Assembly: GCA_026023565.1 (NCBI GenBank)
Contig: JAPETS010000012.1
Coordinates: forward strand, 186,001 to 250,000
Source: Cirrosporium novae-zelandiae
Lineage: Eukaryota
DNA length: 64,000 nt
Direction: 5' to 3'
Shown here: positions 38,437-48,801 of the stretch, piece by piece
How positions within the stretch are numbered: the stretch's first letter is position 1
Layout: each line of letters opens with the position of its first letter
Program-made: the position numbers and the translations under genes
Notes under the pieces: generated by a model
Told to the model about the DNA's origin: nothing
The model's input: the letters and a program-made list of their open reading frames with translations, nothing else
The model's database searches: none

Positions 38437-38869
38437 TGTAAGCTTCTAGTCGATCCAAAAATATTGAATAAGCAATCGCATCCATATGGATTGACTGGAT
38501 ATTCGATAAGAGTAGTGTCTTGCGGTTTGCGTGATGGTGGACGTAAAATGAATTTGCCTTTGGAAGTTATCGATGACACTGGCAATGAAGGGCCGAAAAG
38601 AGGTTCTGGCCTTAGGTTAAACATGCAAAGAGGCTGATGATTAAGGTTTAGACTATCCCCACAAAATGCGGGCCGCACTTGCATTAGCGTTATATGACGT
38701 AAAGCTTAATGAATCTCAGGCCATTCACACCATTTCCCTCCGGGGGCTATGAACAAGGCAGGCCCAAGGTTGACATAGAATATCATATCTTTCACCGCTC
38801 TGCTCTTGAAACTTCTATAAATTCAGGCTACCCTTTTACATATAATTTCAATGGGTCAAATGAACAAAA

Positions 38870-39778
38870 ATGTCGACCAAAGAACAACCAGAAGATGCAA
38901 TCGACGAGTCTGAAATGACAGGAACGGCTGAGCCTGGGAGCTCTTCCATAGTTCCCCAAAAGCGCAACGCATGTACTATCCTCTAATTCCATACCCAATC
39001 TCTCGATCCTTCTGATTTAATCCTAGTTTCTGAGCTCATGGCACCAAAACCCAAATATAAAGTCAAGCACATGCCAAAGCCTGGATCAGTTGATCCACAT
39101 ACAGAAGCGACAGGCTACCTCGGCCGTAACGGGCTGAGCGCATATATTGTAAACCCATCGAAATTCCCTCTGGACCGGGTGATTTCTTATAATGATGACT
39201 TTACCGTGATCAATGATCTTTTCCCCAAGTCTTCAGTTCACATCCTGCTACTGCCCCGCGATCTGAAGAAAACCACCATGCATCCCTTCGAGGCATTGGA
39301 AGATCCCGATTTCCAGAAGTCTGTGCAGGTAGAAGTTGACAAGCTCAAGGTTCTCGTGGCGAAAGAGCTCCAAAGACGATATGGGAAGGACTCGGCTCTA
39401 GAAAGAAAGCGATTGGAAGCCATGGATGCCGATCCACCCCCAGATGTTTTACCGGAAGGACGTGACTGGTCAAATGAGATCATTTCGGGTGTACATGCCC
39501 ACCCCTCTATGAATCATCTCCATATACATGTCCTATCGAAGGACAGAGTCAGTCAATGTATGAAACATAGGAAACATTATAACAGTTTCGCCACCCCCTT
39601 CTTGGTTCCGGTGGAGGACTTCCCGCTGGCAGAGAACGATAAGAGGAGACATCCAACAACGGCAGGGTACTTGCAAAGCGACTTGCGGTGTTGGAGATGT
39701 GGGGAAATTTTTGGAAACAAGTTTGTTAAGTTAAAGGAGCATTTGGATGAGGAGTTTGAAGAGTGGAAGAAGATTTAA
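38870..39778 (+). CDS. HNT3: Aprataxin (HIT domain plus Zn finger; DNA 5'-deadenylase)
   Basis: Exon 38870-38972, intron 38973-39026 (junction KRNAF-SELMAPK). DLFPKSSVHILLLP, HAHPSMNHLHIH (HIT) and CWRC...LKEHLDEE zinc finger. Confidence 0.93.
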
Positions 39779-40121
39779 GATGAAAGAACTGCGTTGCATG
39801 TTAGATATTTGCTCTCTGATTTTGGGTTATGATATTCAAACTACTAGAATAGGGAGTAGAAAATATAGGATATTCCTACTAGACTAGTTGTTTGGTGCTC
39901 ATTGATATTGAAATTTTATAAAATTAATGACGCCATCAACACATAAATAGGAGCAAGGTATGCAGCTCGCCTTCCCTGCCATGGATGTGCTAGATATTCA
40001 GCAACAGTAAAAATCATCAGCAGAAAGTAGCCATCTCGAAAAATGTGAAGTTTGTTGCTTGGTAGATGCCACTCCCATTCCATATTACTCATTAGACTGC
40101 AAATTATCACATTATCCCTTA

Positions 40122-41776
40122 TCAAACCTTTACAGTATGCACTGGGGTTGTATCAACACCGTGCAAATCTGGAGGAAAATAGCAGTTATCCCCATAATGG
40201 CATGATCTTTCCCCTGGCTTATTCCATATGCAGTGATGCCCATAAATACACTTCGGATCATCACATTCAGCCCCATATGTGCATGGTGTCCATCTCGCAA
40301 TATGTCGCAGCGTCTGGATTTCATTTTTGTTAGGTTTCCACTTGTGGGAGTGAACGCAGATATCTCCATATGGACAATCCCCTCGCAAGTAATGATTGTT
40401 GCAAACCTTCATATTTTTGATACGAGTAACTTCTTTTTTCTCAAAGTTAATTGGAAGATCTATGCGTTGCTGATATTTATTGCGAGCGACGGTAGGGGTT
40501 TCCGTAGGCGATGGCTTCCGGTTGACATTTGTTGGACTTGCTGTATGAGCAGGGGGTGCTGCCATTGCTGCAGATGCCCATGTAGCAGCAGTGGGGTTCA
40601 ACGAAGGAGAAGCCATCGATAGGGAGGAGGTACTTCGCGAAGATGTAAGACCAGGTGGAGGGCCTCCCGTATGTGTGGCATTTGCAGAATTTATGACAGG
40701 ACCTCCCGAATGTATGGTATTCCCAGAATTCATCGAAGGGCCTCCCGAATGCGTGGTGTTTGCAGAATTCATCGAGGGGCCTCCCGAATGTGTGATATTC
40801 GTGGTACTCAAAGGAGGGCCTCCCGGATGTATGACATTTATGGCATGCATTGAATTCACATTAATCTTAGAATCTCTGAATAAACCTTCAAACTTTGTCG
40901 ACAAGTACGTTTTCTTGAGGCTAGCCAATTCTTTTTCAAAAGGGACGCCTTCCAGCAAAGTAATTCCTTTGACTATTGCCTGGTCGGCCATTGTTTCTTC
41001 AAAAAGTCGTGCATAACCATTGTCATGTGAGCATCCGAAAAGAATATGGCGACAATGGCAATCATATAGGTGAAGCCTGAAAATTTCTACTAGTTGTTAG
41101 ATGTGCTCACACAACCTTGCAGGCACTTACCACATAATTTGGCGTCAGCTCGTTCTTTTCCGCTTCCGACGTCGATGAAATCAAATAGTTGTTTGCTCCC
41201 CGTAAACCCTCGAACAAAGTCCTCCAATACCGAAGGTCTTTCAATAATTCCTGCTCTCCAGGCAACATCACCGAGGCCCTTTACATTGGCATATATTCTG
41301 GCCATAATTCTCATGTCGGATGGAACTTCTGCTTGCGTGGTATGAATGTAATCACGAACATTGCTCCACAAGAGTCCTGCAGCTTCGCGACCACCTTCTT
41401 CGCCTTTCCGGAGTAACTCATTGTTGAATATCATGCCATCTCCGTCAATTAAGATAAGAACAAACGGGTCACGCTCCTAGGCCTAGCGGTTAGTTGACCC
41501 TCGCTGTTGTTAGGAAATGCGAGGGAAGCATACCAGGTTTGCCTTCATCATCCGAATCTCCTTCTGCAAGGCCTGTTCACGTACTTGACCATCACGATTG
41601 TAATGACGTTCCCGGTCGTGGTCGAGTTTTTCCCTTTGAAAATCCTGGTCGAGGGCGTTTAAGCAATAGAGTAGTTCTTCGATCAACTGATTCTTGGAAT
41701 TATCAGTAGCTTTTAAATCTTCGTAACGGGCAAATAGGCCATCAATAGTTTCTGAGTTGGTAGATACTTCCATCAT
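40122..41776 (-). CDS. CCCH zinc-finger protein with an N-terminal coiled coil and a NYN/PIN-like domain
   Basis: Introns 41533-41477 and 41130-41087. Motifs LILIDGDGMIF, KERADAKL, GCSHDNGY; fingers CNNHYLRGDCPYGDICVHSH and following Cys/His repeats. Confidence 0.85.
40659..40829 (-). repeat. Coding minisatellite, 39-bp (13-aa) unit, about 4.4 copies
   Basis: Units start at 40829, 40790, 40751, 40712 and 40673: HPGGPPLSTTNIT, HSGGPSMNSANTT, HSGGPSMNSGNTI, HSGGPVINSANAT, HTGGP. Confidence 0.92.
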
Positions 41777-43333
41777 GGCCCTCTGATGTTAGCAGATAAT
41801 TTGAATGGTTGAAAATGGGGAGAAATTAGTAACTAGTTAGAAATAAGATGTTGTAGAAAATGGCAGTGTGGTCAAAGTTGGGAGTGAAGACGCTACGGCA
41901 GCTCGCGCCACGAATAAGAAGTCGATAGTGTATGCGTGGCATTGGTGAGTGATGGGCATATTCCCTTCGGACTTTGTTAAAGGCGCTTATTGATTAATGT
42001 ATTGACCTAGTCAACTATAGCCATCATCTATGCACTCAGATAATATACAAGTTGTAGTATTCAATTGAGGATGATAATTGAATTTATTGTCAAGATTTCG
42101 AGAAAAGGCAATTAATGGTTCTAGGACTACTTTTACTAGTAGGGCTATTTAGCTTCCCATTACTTTTTGAACCACCAGTCCTGGCTCATTGCTTCGAATG
42201 CTGTGGGCCCCATAGCAAATCCACCTAGCTGACTAATTAATTCTTGAGAACTTTGATATTAGACATTCCTGACTTTTCTGGTTTTCTGGACTTTCCCAGA
42301 CTGAGAACTTTATTTGGTTGTAGTCTATTGTGGTCAAAGAGCTCGGAAGTTGTCCTACAGTACCGTATCAACCACTTTTTCGCAGAAAACATCATTTTGG
42401 CTGAGGGTTTCTCCTCCCATGTTTCAGATTAATAAGTATAACTTTCATTTTGTTTAATTGAAAGCCTTTATTAATGATTAGTCATGGGAATTGGTACTCG
42501 AGTCATTGGAACACACCAACATGAGCCACATGGCAACATCAACTATCTCAGAGTTGCGCTTAGATTAGATAAGCATTGTACCTTGATGGAAGATAATACC
42601 ACAAACAATGAGATACATCATTGGATACCAAAGCTCAGATGGAGGGGAGTACCTACTGCAGTTCGTAATTGAAGCCTCGGGCTTCCACAGAAACCAAAAA
42701 CTCACATAGGATAAATTTTCCCAAGTTCCAGGTACCTATAACCCCTCAAATGGAATATCCGATCCAATAGGCATAGTATCCCAGATTGAAGAAAACAAGA
42801 GAAGGATAACAGTGTAAAGATATAGAAGGGATAGCTACACGATTATATATAAAGACAAGGATACTTTTTTTTATTCAAACTAGTACACCCAAAGGTGGGG
42901 TAGAAACAAACCATTCAAGATAGACAGAGGAGGCGAGCTGCTTATATTATTCTTATGGAGGATGCTCATAGTACATAGTTATTTATAATAACCTATATAA
43001 AGCCAATTCAAGTAACAGTAAAGCACTGTAATGAACAAGGTCGTCAACAAGGTCGTTAACAAGGCCAACAGGGCCATATCTAATTGGGGCAGATTGGTTG
43101 AACTGAGCTCACTCGGCAATCAAGCCAATCAAACCCCAAAGTTCAAGGCTCGCCCGGACAGAACGTCAGAAATTCGAAATGTGGCCTGAAAAACAAGGAT
43201 GATAAATACGTGTTCAGTTCAGATACTTTCAGCTCACAGTTACTTCTAACTTCTGAGTTCTGTCAATTGATCTGACCACCATTCCTTTTTTTCACTTCAC
43301 CATTTTGCATCTTCCGTCTTTCCATTGTCCAAA

Positions 43334-44294
43334 ATGAGGCTCTCGGTTTTCTCATCTCTCCTGGCTGCGCTCTCGCTGCTCACCTCTGGAGCTTTCGCTC
43401 AAGACGCTGTATGAAGCTCTCTTCACTTCCTTGATCTCAACCAACTCTCTTAAGATCCATCTAATTCGTCTTATTAGGATACCGTCGAAGAGGGAGCTGC
43501 AGAGAAACCTGCCCTCCCGAGACTTGATGTCGGTGTAACCTGTTCATTCCCAGAGGCCGAGGTCTTTGGTGTGAAGATGGTCAATGGGCATCCTACACAA
43601 GCTGTCCTCACCTTCCAAAATGCCGAGCCGAACCCTGTGACTATCGCCGCGGTTGGGGGCAATCTCTGGTACGACGAAGATCCCAGAGGTCCAATGATTC
43701 TCCGAAACTTGACTAGCAAGGCGCCAAAGCTGGAAGTCCCCCCCGGTGAAACAGAGAGCTTTCTCTACGCTTTCTCAACCATCATGCAACCTCAGGAACT
43801 TCGTCTAAGCATCCAAGCTCTGGTTACCAGTGAAGGAAAATACTACACCGTGCAAGCGTTCAACGGAACCGTTAGCGTTGTGGAACCAGACACCAGCATC
43901 TTCGACCCTCAAATGTAAGACCCCCCAAAACCAATCCCAAAAACAGACCCCCTCATAGCTAACTCGCACTACTAACAGTATCTTCCTTTACCTCTTCCTC
44001 ACCGTCATCTTCACTGGCACTCTCTACTTCATCTACAAAACCTGGATCACAACCCTCTTCCCCCAGAAGCGCCGCGGTGGCAAAGGTGGCGAACGTGCCA
44101 AAAAGTCCTCCGCAGGCTCCAAAAAGGTCGATCCCACCGAACAGGTGTCTGTCGCCGGTGCCGATGGTCCCGCTGTAACTAGCTCCGCCAAGGCCTACGA
44201 CGAGAACTGGATCCCGGCCCATCACATCAATAGGCCAGAGGCCCGCCGCGTTAAGAGTAGCGGCAAGCCTAAGAATAAGGGTAAGGCTGAGTGA
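43334..44294 (+). CDS. IRC22: Translocon-associated protein alpha / Irc22-like type I ER membrane protein
   Basis: Signal peptide exon; introns 43409-43477 and 43915-43978. FGVKMVNG, QAFNGTVSVVEPDTSIFDPQ, one TM segment, tail YDENWIPAHH. Confidence 0.85.
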
Positions 44295-44791
44295 GTAAGA
44301 GAGAGCCTTTACCATTCCTAAATATCATTTTTCCCTCTATACGAGGAGCTAAATTCATGGAATGGGTCGGGAAGGGTAGGGTAGGGCAGGCTTTTCAAGA
44401 AATCAGACAATATCATTGAAAAAAAAGGTATTAAGTACTGTATTGAATCGAACTGAAAAGGAAATATTGAGTGCGTGTGTGCGTGTGTCGTGTGTGTGTA
44501 CGTGTACTATAAAATCAAACCAGAAAAAGAAACATTCAAATCGAAACATTTTGTGTTTTATCCCATCCTGTCCCACTCTAATTACTCCTTTTTTTAAACA
44601 AAAGCCCGACCATACCTAATTACAGTTTCCTTATTTGAGAGTATATACATAGGATAAATACGCTACACGAACAAACAATCAAGATCTATTTAAGCTATAC
44701 CATCTATACCTCTAATATCTCCTCTTCCCCCCTTGTTTATATTCTCGCTACATACTACTTTCGAAAATAATCCAGGACCCAACCCCCTTAC

Positions 44792-46363
44792 TCACGTAAC
44801 ACAAGCCACCTTCTCAAACCCCTCTGTCCACCTCAGCGCCCCCATAACAACAACTAAGCACCCAAACCCAACACCCACACTAACCCCCCCATAAAAATAC
44901 GAATGTTTCCTCTTCAAGCTCTCCAGCTCCGCCACCCACGTACTCACAGTGGTGGTACATCCACAGAATCCATCCATGACACCCTGCAGAACCTGACATC
45001 CGATTCTGCCACCGAGGGGGACGTGCTGCAGGTCATAGCACATGCCGAGGACGAGGGTGCCGAAAATATTTGCAGCGAAAGTGCCGAGGGGAAAGGAGGG
45101 GATGCGCGGGTTCAGGAGGATAGAGATTTGGAAGCGGAAGAGGACTCCCAAGGGCGCAAAGACGAGGGCGAAGAGCGCTTCGCCGCGCCATTTTGAGGAT
45201 GCCCAAGTTGGGTGGTTGGGGAGGGTGCCGCCGGGGCGGTCGGGCGGCCAAATAGCTAGGAGGATTGCACCGAGCCAGCAACCGAAGGATAGAAATACGG
45301 TGAGGCGGTCCAGGATCTTACGCGTGAATTTGAAGGGGAGAGTGGGTATTATGGGGCGTGAGAAGACGGCGAGGTGCGCGCCGATTACGAGGCCTGAGAG
45401 ACTAAGACTGACTGTCATGAGGAGGACCGCGAGAGCGGCGCACACGGAGTAGCCGTTTTTGCGGGAGACGGTGGAAGTGATACTTGTGTCTGGGAGTGAG
45501 GGGTGATTGATGGGCGAGGGGAGGTTGTTCGAGAGCGCGAGAAACATGTCCCGAATGAAAGAAGAAAAGGAGGTGAAGGAGCCGCAGAACCCGGTGCTGA
45601 GACCGATGTAGAGAGGTATCGTCTTCTTGATTCTGGCATGGCTTTTCCTTTCGGTAGTTGAAGAGATGGAAGATGGCACAGGTGGAGATTGAGATTGGGG
45701 CTGAGATTCTCCGTCGTCGGACCTTTTGCGCTTTTCTTGCTCCAAGGAGATGAGCCTTTCGCCCCATTCTTCGCGGAAGAGTTGACGGTCTTCTGATAAG
45801 AAACCCATTATGAGACTGCCTCCAAAATTGGCCCATAAAACTCCGGTCGTGGCAGGGGCGCCGGGATAAAATGTCAATGCCTGAAGACCTAGCCGTGCCA
45901 AAGTTCCCAAAAACGAGAAGAATATTAAATAGCTGATTGTATATAGCTGTGTTGCAAATCTTGAAATTTTGTGCTGTCTCTCTGGTCCCCCTTCTTGCGC
46001 CTCCAAGGCTTCGTCTTGGCCTGATTGATCTTCTGCCGATGGATATTGCCCTTCATATGCTAGAGGAGGGGGACCAGCAACTTCTGTCAGCCCGCCCTCG
46101 GGGCCTTCAACGACCGCTCTTCTCCTCTCATGTTCTTTAGACTGCCGCTGCTCTAAATTGCTTTGTCTCCTCCATTCGTGTTCGACTTCTGATTCCTTGT
46201 CATGGCCGCTTTGTCGACTTTCGAGAGATGTAGTTCTGTAGAGGGAGAGCTCTTGGGGATTTTGGATTGGACCTGGGGCGGCTACTTCATCAAGGTTTTC
46301 GTAGCTGTCTGGTACGTCATAGTCCTCTGACTCTTCATCGGTAATTTTGTTGTTGGAGGCCAT
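44792..46363 (-). CDS. FEX1: Fluoride export protein FEX (two fused CrcB/Fluc domains)
   Basis: GTLAR, WANFGGSLIMG, GFCGSFTSFSS in the first half; PLGTFAANIFG, GFCGCTTTVST in the second half. Confidence 0.9.
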   Translation of the reverse strand: MASNNKITDEESEDYDVPDSYENLDEVAAPGPIQNPQELSLYRTTSLESRQSGHDKESEVEHEWRRQSNLEQRQSKEHERRRAVVEGPEGGLTEVAGPPPLAYEGQYPSAEDQSGQDEALEAQEGGPERQHKISRFATQLYTISYLIFFSFLGTLARLGLQALTFYPGAPATTGVLWANFGGSLIMGFLSEDRQLFREEWGERLISLEQEKRKRSDDGESQPQSQSPPVPSSISSTTERKSHARIKKTIPLYIGLSTGFCGSFTSFSSFIRDMFLALSNNLPSPINHPSLPDTSITSTVSRKNGYSVCAALAVLLMTVSLSLSGLVIGAHLAVFSRPIIPTLPFKFTRKILDRLTVFLSFGCWLGAILLAIWPPDRPGGTLPNHPTWASSKWRGEALFALVFAPLGVLFRFQISILLNPRIPSFPLGTFAANIFGTLVLGMCYDLQHVPLGGRIGCQVLQGVMDGFCGCTTTVSTWVAELESLKRKHSYFYGGVSVGVGFGCLVVVMGALRWTEGFEKVACVT

Positions 46364-46940
46364 TACTGTGAACCATAACCATCTGTCGGCTGCGGGACGG
46401 ATTTAGGTTGGGTTAAAGATGAGTAAAAGAGAGAGATGGGAAAATTAGTGTATTTGTATTTAAAAAGAGTGGAAAGGTTGTACATTATATAAATTAACAG
46501 GCATTTTGATTACAATCCTCTGACCTCAGGAATGAATTGAATTGAAAGACGTTAAGAACAGTCGGAATGGTCGACAAGTTGATAGTCACGGTAGTCGATG
46601 GGTAAAATCCGACCGACCGACGGGCCGAGCTAGACTAGATCCGAATGATTCTGAACGATCCTTATCAATCATCAATCATGATATCAGTCTTCGCTTATCG
46701 GATTGCTGGCTAGCTACAGCCTACAGGTACCAAGCCATACAACAACTCACCGTAGTTACTACAGTTCCTACAGTTCCTACAGTTCCTACAGTCATATTCT
46801 CATATCCTCCACCTTTACTTCATCTCTGGTCTCGAACCTCTTAACCACTTTCTTAACCACTTTATACTTCCTGTACCTCTCTATTATTAAAGATAATAAT
46901 TAGAAGGTAGTCATCCTACATTCGATTGACATCATCCAAC

Positions 46941-47811
46941 ATGACCTCCACTCTCCCCGCCAACGTTCATATATCCACCCACCCATGTCTTCAAGCCAAA
47001 CTCTCACAGCTACGAGCCACCGACACAAGTCCACGAGAGGTCAAAGCTCTAATCCATGAAATATCACTCATTGTCGCCGTTGAAGCCCTCGCACATGGCT
47101 TAAAGGGCTCTTCGGAGGGTACTGTGAGCATTCCTGGTATCCCGTCTCTCATCTCCGGTTCCAAAGCCCCCCGTTGAGAGCAATGACCCAATGAAATGAT
47201 ATTGAGCTGACCAAGTATGGTATGATGACCGCAGGCCAAATCAATGCTTGGATATGATTATCCCGTCCAAACCGTCTTTCCAGACAACATCGTCCTTGTC
47301 CCCATCCTACGTTCCGGTCTCGGCATGGTAGACGGTATTCTACCCCCACTCCTCTCGTCTTTTATACCTCCACCCTTTGAATCTCGAACTAACCCCCCTT
47401 CTAGCAATCCAAACCATCCTCCCCAACGCCGTCCCTGTCCACCACCTCGGCCTCTTCCGCGAACCATCCACCCTCTCTCCCGTTGAGTACTACAACAACC
47501 TCCCCTCGCACTCCTCCTCCCGCCCATCCCTAGCCCTCCTCGTAGACCCCATTGTCGCCACCGGTGGCACTTCCGCCGCTGCAATCCAGACCCTCAAGGA
47601 ATGGGGAGTCCAAAAAATAATCCAAATTAGCGTGCTAGGAAGTGTCGACGGTGTAAAAAGAGCTGCGGAGGAAGGCGGGGAGAACATGGAGCTCTGGGTC
47701 GGCGGGTGCGATGATAAGACCGATGCGAGCGGGATGATCATACCCGGGTTGGGTGACGTTGGGGATAGACTGTTCCTGACCAGTGCAAAAAGGCCGAAGG
47801 TCGGGCAGTAA
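46941..47811 (+). CDS. Uracil phosphoribosyltransferase (Upp-type)
   Basis: Introns 47124-47234 and 47335-47404. VPILRSGLGM, HLGLFREPSTL.PVEYY, PRPP loop LVDPIVATGGT, IIPGLGDVGDRLF. Confidence 0.92.
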
Positions 47812-48801
47812 AGGGGTTTTATCACGAGGCAAGGAATGATTCTCGCGTGCGAACCAACTGGCTCATTTCTGCTGGATCCATTGGCACATCGTGGCAATAG
47901 ACTGGACAGATAATTATTTAGACGTCAATCTAAAATTTACGCTTTTACGATCTCAGAAAAACGAGCCACTCACATCAGCCCTTTCTTTGAAAAGGGCTTT
48001 TGAACAGCAAGCACAACACTACTACCACCATCACCACCACAAAGAAAGAGTTACCCCCACCCCATCTCCTTCAAATCTCACGATCAAACAAACACATAAA
48101 ATATAAATATAAAACCACTCCATTCAATTTTCATTCCATTAAATCCAACCCATGTATTTACTCTTTGCACACACCCACAAAAAGTAAAAAAAAAGTAAAA
48201 AAAACCAAACTAATCATTTCCACAAATAGTCATACCATACACATAGCAACTTTGCAAGCCCTCCCTTACCTGTTGTTTCTTTCGCTCGAATCAAGTAAAC
48301 GCTAAAAAAAACGACAAAAGGAAAAACAAAACAAAACAAAAACGAAAAGGAAAAATATAAACATGCTTTGGGGTAAAAAAAAAGGAAAAAAATTCATTAT
48401 GTGCAAAAGTAGAAAAGTAAAGAAGTAAAAAAGCAACGCAGTTCAGACATTTAGATCTTTGCCCTGGCACTAGCACTGACACTGTAATTCGTTATCCCGC
48501 CTCCCTGCTTGCTTGCCTGCCTTTTGGTGGAAGAGAGATACCGCCCCCCCCCCCTCCCCATGCCCCTTGAATTCTTAGGAATCGACTAACGGTAAAGGGA
48601 AATGGAAATCTGATGAATAATATCCTCCATTCCTCCTACCTCTCAATTCAACTTGCAAGAATACAAAAACGCAAAGCCATGTGTATAGCATATATATACA
48701 TGACCATAGAGAGATATGGGGGAGGGGGCCACGAAACCCCGCATTCATAAGAACCTAGAACCATGGAAGAATTAGACTAACCAATGTGGTAGCATAGTAG
48801 C

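Noticed and set aside
38965..38980. Possible GC-AG intron in aprataxin
   Set aside because: A canonical GT donor at 38973 restores the frame.
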